64,000 nucleotides of DNA from Octopus sinensis (GCF_006345805.1 NC_043005.1:67394001-67458000), one strand, 5' to 3'. Positions 14,522 through 27,696 are shown, counted from the first letter of the stretch. The notes: a model not told the origin generated them from the letters alone. A program made the numbers and translations.

Positions 14522-14741
14522 ATTTATATATATATATTTATATATACATATTCATTTATATTTATATTGAAGGCATTACTATACATAATGGCACACGGTA
14601 GGAGGGACTAGCGTATTGTTTTATGTATAGTGATGCACTCAATGTAAATAATTAAATATATTTAAGAGGAAAATTGATGGTTTTTTCCCTTATGAGGTTT
14701 TCACGCTAACTACTTGATAAATTCTTATTAAGATTTCATCC

Positions 14742-14828
<87 letters not shown>

Positions 14829-15024
14829 ATGTATATACATTCATATATACACACATACATACATACATACATACATACATAAGAGACACGAGAGTATGAT
14901 CAGATGACCTATATTAGTAATTAGGCACAAGCTTTTATGGCAGTCATTAACTGTTGACACACACACACATAAGCAAACACAAGTATATACACACACACGC
15001 ACACAAACACACATACATACACAA

Positions 15025-15098
<74 letters not shown>

Positions 15099-15594
15099 TA
15101 TATATTTATACAGACGCAAGTATTTATTCATTGTATTTACTATTGTATATATTTATTTTATTTACTATTCATGTCGCTAATTCTAACATTGTTTCTTTCT
15201 TTTTCCTGTGGCTTTTTATCTCTGTTTTTTTAAACATTATTTTTCTTAAAGAAACAATAGCACACACTTGTAGATTAATTAGATCATTACGTATCAATTC
15301 ACACCATGATATTTCTAATGAATGACTATCTCATTTTCTTCAACATTTTTCTTTCCATAACATTTGCTTTTTATTTCTATTGTTTTTACCACTTTCCTGT
15401 TTTCTTTCACTTTGAAATGTCCATTAATTAATACATATTAAATTATGTTATTTAATCTATTGTTATTTTCTCTTTCTATGTTTGATGCGTTCTAGCTCTT
15501 CATAATGGTCACAGTTGTTTTTATATATAATATTAGTTTCTTTACATTCACACACACACACACACACATACATACATACATATAAATGTGCACG

Positions 15595-15639
<45 letters not shown>

Positions 15640-15845
15640 GCACGCACACACACTTTCATCGTTTAAATTGTGTTTTTTATAACAGTATTTCATAATTAGT
15701 TTTCATCATGTGCAGATGTAAACTATTGGGTTGAAGAATATGAGGTATAGATTCCTATGAAAGCAGTTACAATGAGTATTTCAAGCAATCTGTTATGATA
15801 TGTTTTAGTATATATTTAATCGAATTGTTCGTTTTTTTTTTTCAG

Positions 15846-15911
15846 CAACGAATGGCTTCCCACTAAAATGTGTACTTGTTTCTCATCCGCTTAGCTCTAC
15901 AGGATCTAGAG
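15846..15911 (+). CDS. Candidate plus-strand exon (66 nt, phase 1-1): TNGFPLKCVLVSHPLSSTGSR
   Basis: Acceptor poly-T-cag|C and donor GAG|gtaagc; only one frame is open. Confidence 0.4.
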
Positions 15912-17532
15912 GTAAGCAACAGTCTTATCAATCTCATACAGAGGATAAAAATCATGAAATGACTTTAAACAAAAGCAAACAAGACACAACTGCCTTATTT
16001 GCGCGCATTAACTTTTCAGTGTGTATTCTTTTTAATCGGTGATAATACGTCCGTTTCATTGTATTTTCTTACATTTTTCTGTTGCTAGTCTTTAAGGAAT
16101 TACGTTTTGTATTGCAATTTAAATTCTGGTTTAATCAATGCATCTTACTAAAAGCCCTAGCAGCTATAATATACGTATATTAATTGAGAAAGTAACGAGG
16201 AAGAAAAGAATTTTGATTAGTTACTTCCTAATTAGCATAGCTTTGAACAGATAAAAGTATTGGCAGAAACAATGATACTAGATTTTGCTAAGTGCACTTA
16301 TTACAAAAAAAAAACATTAGCAATTATCATACTCCACACTCTTACTGTTCTCTTTCAATTATTGCAAATATCATAGTCATTTTCTTTAAATAATTTTTGT
16401 TTACCTTTTTTAACTATTTTATCTTCTACGCGCAATTTTTTTTAACGGTAAATCGATATATCTAAAGTTTTAGACGTAACAATCAGCAACCCAATCGAAA
16501 TTACTGTAGTTTATATGTAATTTTATAAGTAACTAAAAATGGAATTAGACAACGGCTGTCACTAAGATTACTATCATATTAGTGTAAAGTACTAGCTAGC
16601 TTTTATCATAACTAATGGCGTCGTCTCAAAGTAAATTATTGTTGTCTCGTTGGAGCGGCAGAGTCACGCTGGACTGAGATAAATCTATCTCGGCAAGATG
16701 AAATAATTTCAAAGGGAGAATGAAGACGAAGATAACAGAAACTTAATACGAGGGCGAAACCGAAAGTAAAGCAATCTTTATTCGTATTACTTTGTGACTC
16801 AGTCACATACATTTTAATTTACTTGTATGAAGTAGCAGCCGCTGAGGAGTAACTGATCCAAATTTCAATCTAGCTACAGTTACTTCACTTCAGTTTTCTG
16901 CTACTAGAGTTGTCGGCATTCAACCAAGAGATATTTGTTTTGTGAATTTGTGTCCCTGAATCAGTGATACGATGCGTAAAATACAGTAACGTGTGGTAGG
17001 CACTGCAAGGGGATTGCCACTTTCTATCTCTTTGTATTTCCCTTCCTTATAGATTGCAGCTGTTACTGACTTACGTGGGTGGAGAAACGTAGAGCAGCAT
17101 AATGTGTGAGTTTTCCCAATATCATCTCTATCACTAAGATTCCAACCAGTTCTTTCTGTGACCACACATGATAAATGCGTACCTTGTGGCGATAGCCTTA
17201 TTTAAAAATAGTCGCTAAGCAAAAATAGGCTCCAAGATAATAAGCTGGCTCTTACAGTGGATATACCCTAGTGCTTATTAATCACTAACTTGCTGGCTTA
17301 CGAATGAGTCCAGACAAAAGTCCTAGGTTGCTACAATCTGATAGAGAAATAAATTGCTTTGTAGTGATATTTAACAAGAAAAGTTTCTTATTAAACAATA
17401 TGTGATCTAATAGCTCACATGCTGGATCACCGTGCAGCTCTTTTTTGGAAAGGTTTTGAATATATGGAGGAGAAAAGCATTCAGTATTAACAGAGACGTG
17501 CGAAGAGTCAAACATGCAGAATTACAGCTTAC

Positions 17533-17607
17533 CGTCTAAAGGACTGTACTTTGTCTACGACAGAAACAACGCGTCCAGGACTGGGACATACAGTCAATAA
17601 ATAATCT
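17533..17607 (-). CDS. Candidate exon (75 nt, phase 2-2): DYLLTVCPSPGRVVSVVDKVQSFR
   Basis: Acceptor tctcttttctttag|A and donor ACG|gtaagc; only one frame is open. Confidence 0.55.
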
Positions 17608-17885
17608 CTAAAGAAAAGAGAGAAACCTATCATCGTTACATATTGTGACTATTAATAACGCATCAAAGCCGATCAGTTGAGAATTTCGTTTTGCAATTAT
17701 GAGATTTTAATTTCGATTCAGGACATGGAAAGCAGGGCAAAAGCTTTCTATCATAGCTGCTTGGTGCGCCCGAAATCGGTGTGATGGAAAACTTGGAAGC
17801 CAGTTGTATTCACTAAATGTAACTGAAAAAGAACTGAATAACACAGTATGTCAAGTTGATTTTGTCTCTTAATGGGGTCATATCT

Positions 17886-18373
17886 GTGGAATTCTCAAGG
17901 AAAACCTGATCCAGTTGATCGATCAAGTGGAACATCGTTCCATTTAATATATTTTTAGAAGAGTTCAGCATATATTTTATGTATTTTGGTCCTTGTTATT
18001 TAAGTGAATTTGCGTCCTAGAGAAATATATTCACCTGAAATTTACTTTCAATTCCTATAAATTGTTGTGATGGAAATCGTGAAAGCTACTTGGATTCCCT
18101 AAACATAGCTCAAAAATAAAACAAAAACGAGTAGCAGACTGTCAGATGTATTATGCTCGTGAAAGAAGCAGTGGAATTCTTAGAGAATATCCAATCCAGT
18201 TGGTCGATCAAGGGAAATGTTGCTCGTCGAAACAGATGCGAATCTATTTAATATATTTCTAGAAGAAAGTATATGTTCTATGTATTTTGGTACTTGTCAT
18301 TTAAGGGAATTTGTCTCTTAGAGAAATGTTTAGCTTAATTTTACTTCCACTTTCTATAAATATAATGATATGG
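17886..18373. repeat. Diverged tandem duplication (~290-bp period)
   Basis: 17886-18073 aligns with 18172-18373. Confidence 0.75.
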
Positions 18374-18772
18374 TCAGTAACATAGATTTATACTCTCAAA
18401 ATTGGGGAATATTAATTCTCTTAGGGAAGATATATTTAGACCAGCTCTACTACCTCCGCAGATGATAAATAACGAATATCTAAAAATTGCATAGAACATC
18501 AGAAAAGTTTTCTTTACTCCGTAGACGATGAATGAACGCAAACGAAGGCATATTGGGGATACTTTATTTATTAGATTTTCCGTAGATAATCCAAATCCCA
18601 TATTACATTTAAGTAAAATACGATATATGTATGTGTGTGCCTATGTATATGCACATATAGATAGGTATAGATATATTATATCATTTTATTTTGTTATATT
18701 ATATGATTTTATATTATATTATATTATATTGTATTGTATTTATGTATGTATGTATTTATGCATATATATATA

Positions 18773-18859
<87 letters not shown>

Positions 18860-19409
18860 ACTTGAATTAAGCAATTCATTGTATAAAAAAATACTTCTAA
18901 GCACCTGGTTAAATTAATAACTTTTATATGCATGTAACTGCAATGTTATTTTTTTGTCCAATACAAACAAATATTCGCTGTTCAGTCACTGCGACAGTAC
19001 AGGATTATTTCATTTCTCCTATCGTTTCAGCAAAATTTTCTCACCAAAATGAAAACGGTGTATATGTATCTAAGAATCTCGATCATGTTACTGAGATTTA
19101 ACCGATTAATCAGTACGTGTGCATAAGAAAATCTAAAGAATAGAATTCACCTTTAAATATACTTTGAAAATGTTTCAAGAATTAGATAAGTGAATAGATA
19201 TCAAATTTTGCCACAAGGCCAGCAGGTGTGGCGGATGAGCTAAGTCGACTGTATCGACCTCAGTGACCAACCGGTACTTGTTTTATCGACCCGAAAGAAG
19301 TAAATACAAAGACGACCTTGGCGGAATTAGAATTTCAACTCAGAACGTAAAAATGGAGTGTCACTAAGCATTTTGCCCGGTACGGTAGCAATCCTGCCAG
19401 ATCCGCGGC

Positions 19410-20875
19410 CTATGTAAATGGACCTAAGTAAATGGAATAAAGCCTATAGCCATTCTAGAAAACCAAACGAGAAGCTATCATACATCAGCACAGGTTCCTG
19501 TCATCTAGTCACAGTTTTCAGTAACCTGGTTAAAGGCGTCAGCAGAAGAATTTCCATCGTATCTTCAAGCAGAGATTTTCGATGCAGCCGCCCCGTACCA
19601 CAATGAGGCTGTGGCCGCCAACGGTTTCAAGGGTAGAATTAGTTACACGCCAGACCCTAATCCCAGAGTAAGAGAAAACACCACCAAAAAGTGTTGTGGA
19701 TCACACCGCCCTTCTCTTTGTAATAAAAACCAAGTAGGTAAGATTTTTCTTAGCATAGTTGACAAGCACTTCCCCCGTACAAATAGGTTCAGCAAAATAT
19801 TCAGCGCGTAGACCCTGAAAATTTATTTTTGTTGTGCACCCGACATTTCAAAAAACGACTTTAGTAAGTAGGCCCACACCTGAGACAGAGGCAGGATGCT
19901 CGAGTAGGGGTAACACAACATGTCCACTGAACGGCTACTATAACACGCATACCGTCGTGTACGAGGCAGAGATAACAGCCGTAAGACCAAATGGACAATC
20001 AAACGTGCGAAAGTACGTGGGAGCAACTGCAGGCTCCATCAGAATCCACCTATAACAACCACAAGGATTCCTTCAACATCCCGGAGGGACGTAACGCTAC
20101 AACCTTGGCCTAGCACGTTTGGTCTTTGAAAGAAAGCGTCATCGAGTACAGCATCAAGCGAAAGATTCTAGAGAAATGTAAACTGTACGTCAGTAGCACT
20201 AGAAAATGCAGATTATGCCTAGCTGAGAAAAAAAGTGATTTTAAAGAGCACTCAACACCCAGGTGTTTAAATGAATAGGAGAAGAGAAATTTTTAATCTT
20301 TGCCCACATGAAAGGAAGTACATCTATCATATCCGCTGCCCCATCACCAGGCCTCCAACTTCAGCCCTCGATGTACACCTTGGGGTCCAGCAAAAAGTCT
20401 GACCATAGCATACACTAACGCATCCACAAACACAATCGACTTTTTTTCTAGCACTCTTAATATAAACCCCCATACATATTGCACCCCTACACATACACAC
20501 CACATGCACACATAAAGACCCACGAATGCAACCGATATGTAGTTGAAAGAAAATACTGATGAATATAGATGTTTATAGCCACATCAATTACAAAGGTTGT
20601 ACATATAGTACCACTTCAGAAATTCGATTTCCATAAGATCAGCAGCCTTCAAGACATACACATTCCCCACAAACTTTTCCAGAAAACTCTTACCGACTTG
20701 CAACATAACCACCCCAGTGGCAATGCTTTGGCACCAAGGAACATAACTCTTAATTCAACCGCCTGTTCGTTCCAGTCGCCATATTTTATTCCATAACGGC
20801 TACCTCTGATGAGTGCAAGGTTACATAATCGGGTTATTCCTAGCGCGAAACCGATTGGTAAGATCGGCCGTAATA
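19410..20875 (+). mobile_element. Penelope-like element 3' portion (RT thumb, GIY-YIG endonuclease, 3' terminal region)
   Basis: RKPNEKLSYIST...LVKGVSRRIS; KIFLSIVDKHFP...FSKIF; CPLNG...VVYEAEIT...KYVGAT. Decayed by stops and frameshifts. Confidence 0.85.
20795..20873 (+). ncRNA. Hammerhead-ribozyme-like core, probably inactive
   Basis: CTGATGA at 20806-12; stem II GTGC/GCGC; GAAA at 20847-50; stem III CCGAT/ATCGG. The cleavage triplet reads GCC instead of GUC, and stem I is weak. Confidence 0.55.
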
Positions 20876-20914
20876 TATATATTACTGTACCCTTTGGATA
20901 ATATACATACATTC

Positions 20915-20969
<55 letters not shown>

Positions 20970-21103
20970 TGCACACACATATATATATAGGTGTATGTAT
21001 ATATATGTATATATATTCTTTTATACTTTTGTTTCATTTGATTCAGTCATTTGCCTGCAGCGTGCTAGAGAATATATATAATGTTTAAAGTATATACTGT
21101 ATT

Positions 21104-21506
21104 ACTCTTTTTACTTGTTTCAGTCATTTGACTGTGGCCATGCTGGAACACCACCTGTAGTCGACCAAATCGATCCCAGGACTTATTCTTTGTAAGCCTA
21201 TTACATATTCTATCGGTCTCTTTTGAGAACCGTTACGTTACGAGGACGTAAACACACCAGCATCGGTTGTCAAGCGATGTTGGGGGGAGAAACACAGACA
21301 CACAAACGTATACACACACACACACATATATATACATATATACGACGGGCTTCTTTCAGTTTCCGTCTCCCAAATCCACTCGCAAGGCTTTAGTTGGCCC
21401 GAGGCTATAGTAGAAGACACTTGCCCAAGGTATCACGCTGTGGGACTGAACCCGGAACCATGTGGTTGGTAAGCAAGCTACTTAACACACATCCACTCCT
21501 ACACCT
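21104..21506 (-). mobile_element. CORE-like tRNA SINE, family A (CR1-like tail)
   Basis: A/B boxes, ACCTTGGGCAAGTG (MIR/CORE-like motif), internal TG/TA tract, tail GGTG(C/T)TCCAGCATGGCCACAGTCAAATGACTGAAACAAG. Confidence 0.85.
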
Positions 21507-21672
21507 AAATGTTTTATATATTAATATGATTATTTCCATATCAAGTTTCAATTCAGATGACTTAATTTAATGTTGGCAAGGATATGCACGAAATCCAATC
21601 TTCTTGATAGAACATCAGTTTAGGTTCGAGAATAACATAGAATATGCCTGACTGCAACTCATCTAGACTCAC

Positions 21673-21687
21673 AGGAAATCATCAAGG
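21673..21687 (-). CDS. Candidate 15-nt micro-exon (phase 2-2): LDDF
   Basis: Acceptor tgtatttacccacag|C and donor CCT|gtgagt. Confidence 0.4.
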
Positions 21688-21895
21688 CTGTGGGTAAATA
21701 CACATTTTAGTTATTCAAATTTACAGAAACACAGGTTAGATACTTTGGATTCTCCGTGATATTATTAGTAGACGTTGAAGACTACCTTCAGTTGTTAGGA
21801 GTATTTAATCCTTGCATATGGAAGATCCGAGAGGGATTGGAACCAAACATTGGCGGCGCGTGTATAAATAATAGTGTGACTGTATTCATTATTAA

Positions 21896-22137
21896 TCACT
21901 TTATTGCCCTCAGGGGGATAAACATAGAGGGGACAAACAAGGACAGACAAAGGGATTAAGTCGATTACATCGCCCCCTCCACCCAGAGCGTAAATGGTAC
22001 TTATTTAATCGATCCCGAAAGGATGAAAGGCAAAGTCGACCTCGGTGGAATTTGAACTCAGAACATAAAGACAGACGAAATACGGTTAAGCATTTCACCC
22101 GGCGTGCTAACGATTCTGCCAGCTCGCCGCCCTATTT
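21896..22137 (-). mobile_element. SINE family B
   Basis: Full copy with 15-bp TSD TGTATTCATTATTAA at 21881-21895 and 22138-22152. Confidence 0.9.
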
Positions 22138-22342
22138 TGTATTCATTATTAAACAGAACGATATATATGCATATGTGTTTGCGTGTATTATGTGTGCGTG
22201 TATGTTTCTATGTATGCATTTATATATGGATTAAGTGGCGAATGTATATGTATGCATATATGCATTTAAGTTATTTAAGAATTTATGTATGTTCGTACTT
22301 AAGTATGTATGTGTGTGTATCTATGAACTACTGTTTTATTAC

Positions 22343-22472
22343 TTTACTACGTTCAGGCATCTAGCTGGTGCCACTGAGTCCAATTCGACCAGAGTAATTA
22401 TGTATTTTAATTCTAGTACCACGTCGCTTTCCCACTTTTTTCTAAGCGCTAAGTTAGGATGGTCACGTAGAC
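22343..22472 (-). CDS. Candidate exon (130 nt, phase 1-2): GLRDHPNLALRKKWESDVVLELKYIITLVELDSVAPARCLNVV
   Basis: Acceptor tttatttgtttgttag|G and donor AAA|gtaata; open frame compatible with the next exon. Confidence 0.5.
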
Positions 22473-23311
22473 CTAACAAACAAATAAACACCCCATCAGT
22501 TAAGCGATGCGAAACAACAGCAAAATAAAGATACACACAAGCACGCACATACATACACACACATATATCGGATACGGCGCCTTCTTCAAATTAAACCCAC
22601 AATGCATTTCGTATTCTAGTGGCTGTTGTAGAAACACATCTGCCCAAGGTGCCGCGCTTTGTATCTTCGCAGGAAGCCACGTAGCTGAGAACTAATCGTG
22701 TTACGCACACAGCTATGGCCTCGCCAATCAGAGTGTACTTGTGTGTATGTATGCGTGTATGTGTGTGTGTCTGTGTGTTTGTGTTTGTTTCTGTGTGTGT
22801 CTGTATATATGAGTGTGTTTGCATGTGTGTGTATCTGTGTGCGTGTGTATGTTTGTGTGATTGTTTTTGAGTGTGTGTGTGTATGTATGTGTGAGTGTGT
22901 GCGTTTGTGTCTGTGAGTGTGTGTGAGTGTGCCTGTATGTGTCTGTGTATGTGTGCCTGTATGTGTGTGTCTGTGTCTGCATGCGTGTGACTATGTGTGT
23001 GCTCGTGCCTCCAGGCTTATCGAATTGCTTAAATGTCTTCATATATAACGACCCATTTACACTACGACTACCTGACCTGTTGAGCAGGTGGCTTTTCCGA
23101 AGCCTCGTTATATTCCGAAGTTTCAGAGTAAAATTTAGGAAACTGAAAATGCAGAAACCCGGAGATTGAAACCATCTGTAACTGAGAGCTCCAGCCTTGC
23201 CACACATGGCTTATGTTGATTTGTACGTAGTAATACATCTATGCATGTACTTCAGAATACTCAAGTGCATGTATGTTTATACATATATATCCATGTATAT
23301 ATATACTATTT

Positions 23312-23674
23312 TACTCTTTTACTTGTTTCAGTTATTTGACTGTGGCCATGCTGGAGCACAGCCTTTAGTCGAACAAATCGACCCCAGGACTTATTATTTG
23401 TAAGCCTAGTACTTATTCTATTAGCTTTTATGCCGAACCGCTAAGTTATGGGGACGTAAACACACCAGCATCGTCTGTCAAGCGATGTTGTGGGGACAAA
23501 CACAGACACACATACACACATATATACATATATACGACGAGATTCTTTCAGTTTCCACCTACCAAGTCCACTCACAAGGCTTTGGTTGGCTCGAAGCTAT
23601 AGTAGAAGACACTTGCCCAAGGTGCCACGCAGGTTCGTAAGCAAGCTACTTACCACACAGCCACTCCTACGCCT
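23312..23674 (-). mobile_element. SINE family A
   Basis: Same family with a small internal deletion. Its head abuts the CR1 tail. Confidence 0.85.
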
Positions 23675-23704
23675 ATATATATGATTGATTGATTGATTGA
23701 TTGA

Positions 23705-26700
23705 TTCTAGTTTCAGCTTATGAGCTGTGGCCATGCTGGGGCACCGCCATTTGGTGTTGCTTTTTTCTTGTTTCACTTCAGGGCTTTCTAGCAACTGCTA
23801 TTTGGTGCATGAGAGAGTTCGATGCAGCTGCCCTCATCTGCCCCTCCTGCCGTGAAGTTGGTTCATCTGGGACACCTGACAGGAAGAGATCCAGCTTCAT
23901 TTTAAAGACATCTGTATCCACCCCATGCAGGTCTCTCAGGTTCTTCGGGAGGATATTGAAGAGCTGTGGCCTCGGAAGCCCAGGCTATCACAGAATCTTG
24001 TCCTACATCTTGATGGCAGGTTTGGAGTCCTAGGCACCACGCAGTGGCGCCCAGTTCTGGCATTTGCGTAACTCTCGATGCCAAAGTTCAGGACACTTCC
24101 CTCCAGGATCTTCCAGATGTATATTATGGCATATCTTTCCCGCCTACGCTCCAGGGAATATAATTTTAATCTCTTGAGTCTTTCCCAGTAGCTTACATTC
24201 TGCATAGAGGCTATCTTCTTTGTGTAGCTTCGTTGGATCGCCTCAAGTTCTGTGATCAACTTGACACTGGATGGTGACCATAGCTGAGAGCAATAGTCAA
24301 AGTGGCTTAGGACAAGTGTCTTCCAGAGGACCATCATGGTTTCTTGTTCTCTTGTTCTAAAGGTTCTAAGAATCCATCCAGCCAGCCGTCTACATTTCAT
24401 TGTCAGTTTAGCAACATGTACATGAAAGGTCGCGTCATCACTCATGTGAATACCCAGGTCACGCACTGATTGTGCCTCTGGGATTGCAATCCCTCGGGTC
24501 CAGTGTATTCATTGGGTATTGCATTCAGTTTTGCATGCTGATAGTATAAAGGTTGAAACTTTCCAGCATTGAACTGCATGCTATTCTTTTCAGCCACTTG
24601 TATATTTCGTCCAGCTCACATTGCAGGTGTTTTAGTGTCCTCAGGGTTCTGTATTGCCTGTGAAACTTTTGTATCATCTGCATAACTTGTGATCGTGGCT
24701 CTCTGCATGGCTGAGGGCATGTCTGAGAGGGCCATTATGAACAGTAGTGGTCCCAACAGTGCCCTGCGGAACACCGCTCACTATTGTGTTAATGGAGGTG
24801 GCCCCATTGGCTACTACCACCTGACTTCTATCCTTCAGAAAGTCATGAAGCCATTCTCCCAGTTTTCCAACTATGTTGAGATCACGCAGTTGTGTGACAT
24901 ATCATTCCATGATCGACTTTATCAAAGGCCTTTGCAAAGTCGAGATATATCACTTCACATTTGAGTGGTTGAGCAGCTTTTCAGCACCCAGTCATAGTGT
25001 TGTAGGAGCTGAGTTAAACAGCTTCTCCCTGGTCGGAAACCATGTTGGGTGTCGGGCAGCAAGTCATTCTCTTCAAGGAAGGTGATCAGCTTCCTTCTGA
25101 CTATTCGTTCCATGAACCTTGCTGATGTGTGAGGTCAGAGAGATAGGTCTATAGTTCTTGGCTTCCGCTCTGCTACCTCCTTTATGAATGGGGCATATTT
25201 ACCTTCCTTCAGTTTTCCTGGAAGTTTGCCAGCTGCAAGGAAGCTCTGAAAGAGGAACTGCAGTGGTCTTGCTAGGACTCTCTTACATGCTTTTAGGAGG
25301 ATTGCCGGGAATCCATCGGGGCCAGTAGCTGAGTCTGTTTTCATTTCATCTATAGCCTTGGTTACATCGTCTCTTCCTTAATCGATGTAAATCTATCGTC
25401 GCCGCCTCTGATTTTATATCTGCAGTGGTAAAAAAAGTCAGTTGGATTGGTGATTGGAGATGCCCAAGGGGTGGAGTGAAAACACTCTTGAATTGCTCAT
25501 TCAGTATTTCACTTACCCTCATTGGTTTTCCTGTAAGGTGCCATCCTTTTCGAGGATGTGGCCCTATTCTACAGTGCACTGTAGCTTCTTTGGCATACCT
25601 GTAGAAAGCTCTGGGGTTAGATTTTATGTTTTCTATAGCCCAGGCTTCTTTGTCTGCTCTTTCTTTTTCATGGGAGAGTTGCAGACATTTTTCGATTTCC
25701 AACAGTTTTATTTTTAGGCGGGACTTTTCAGCTTTTCAATCTGTTTGTTTAGGCGATTTGAAAATTTTCGTACGCCGTCTCATTTAGATTTTCCTCTCTC
25801 TGGGGATTTGTTCTTGTGTACAGTGGCCTTCTCTCTGGGACACATTTGTAGCATATGGCTTGCATTACAGACATGAATGGTGAAGTTTCACGTCGATGTC
25901 TGGCGAGGAGAGACTTAGGCAGTTTTTGTTTGAGGATCTCTTTCTCAATTTGTTCCAGTTTGCCTTATGGTAGTTCAAGCTGGAAAGATTTTGGGGGTTT
26001 CTTGTAGGCTGCATGTCCGTGCTCTCTTTTGGCCCGTACATGGTCAGCTATCATGTTGTGATCCGAGAGTAGTGTCGGTGTCACTTTCACATTATGGATG
26101 AGATCCATGCATTTTGTGAAGCAGAGATCCAGTGTGTTACCTGCCCTGGTTGGTTGGAGTATTACCTGCTCCATGTACAGGGTGTTGATGAGGTTCAGGA
26201 GGGACCTCGCCTGTCCTCGTTCACATCTTGTCATTCCTGGGAGAGAAAGGCCCTCGGGCCATCTGACATTGGGCAGATTGAAGTCTCCCATAAGAAGCAC
26301 ACCTATGTGTTGTTCTAATGTGGCTAGAAATTTCTTCATTTTTATAAGGCAAGTCTTCAAACTTGCCCACATGGCTTGGGGCATCTGGAGGGCGATATGT
26401 AGCACACAACAACTACATCAAGTTGCTTAATATGTACAATTAGTGTGTCACACACCGAGTTTGAGTATGACAAGAGGACCTGGTGGTGTGAGGTCCTCAC
26501 GGATGTACATAGCAACACCTCCATGACTCCTTTCTTTCCTGTCGGTCCGTTAGTACAACATATGGTGGTATGTGTAACTCCGCATCTGCTATGTCCGGTT
26601 TCAGGTGCGTTTCTGTAAGTGCTATGCATATGGCTTGATTGCATGCAACAAAGTCTCTCAGGAACGGGATCTTTGTCCTGTACTGAGGTTTGCAGTCCTC

Positions 26701-27620
26701 TGATGTTCAGTAGGAGTATCGAGGTGAGGTGTACGTTGTTGCCGGCGGTGTCCATCCTGTGTCTGTTTGCTGTGGTGGTCTGGTTATAGTGGGTAGTCCC
26801 ACCTGCGGGCTTGGGTTTGATGAAGCCAGGTCAGCTGCTGTAAAATCTTGTGCCATGCACAAAAAAGATTGTTGCTCAGCAGCTGCTCTTTCGACAACAT
26901 CATGTTGGTGTTTGTGGCGCGCAAACATCTGCGTACCTCCGCTTTGGGGCAGGTGGTGCGGGGTCCATCCCTTTTCTTTGTGTTGATGGTTTGTCCATCT
27001 GCCTCGGGTCTCTGTGGCAGGGTCCCCGATGTGCAAAGCGGCAGCCTGCACCTTCCTTTCCATGCCAGCAGGAACCTCTCAGGTAGAACATACACACCCG
27101 TGTGCGCTGTTTGGTTCCATCCTTTGCGGTTCCACTTCTATTTCTGGTTGTTTCACTCTTTGGTCCTGCTTGAGCTTTTTCTTTTCCTTTAGCTCTTCCA
27201 GTCCTTCTTTTAGTTCTTCTTCCTCCCTCTACCTCTTCACTGGGTTCTCCGTCTCCATGGCCCTTGCTGCCGGTTTGGAGAACTTGCACCGGGTTCACTT
27301 CCCGGGCAGGTTTCTCATTCAAAACCTCCTCCCGGCGTCCACCAGGTGGGGGTGACTTCTTTCATCGTCTCCATTCTTGCCATCTTTGCCCCGCTCGTTC
27401 TCAAAGATGGCATCAGTGGCGCCAATGTGCGACCGTACAAGCGCATATGAGCGCACGAATTCCTGTCTCTTCGCTCCATCTGAGCCGCTGTCCTCTTGTA
27501 GCCTCTGCTCTTCAGCGCAGCCGCAATCACCTCCCTAGGGCTATCTCCGCGGCGCACTCCCATGCTCGTACGAATAAATCCAGCTCGTCGCGTCTCCATG
27601 CTCTGGACATGCTGGAATCC
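23705..27620 (-). mobile_element. Near full-length CR1-clade LINE with multiple frameshifts
   Basis: ORF1 remnants with a CCCH finger (CMFYLRGSCWHGKEGAGCRFAH), endonuclease (LLNIRGL, LLMGDFNLP, LDLCFT, LLSDHN), RT pieces (SATGPDGFP) and a CR1-type C-terminus (RDLGIHMS...DYCSQLWSP...SLERRRERY). Tail is (TCAA)n. Confidence 0.93.
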
Positions 27621-27665
27621 GTCTATCCGTATCTATCTATCTTATTATATTATATATAGATATAT

Positions 27666-27696
<31 letters not shown>

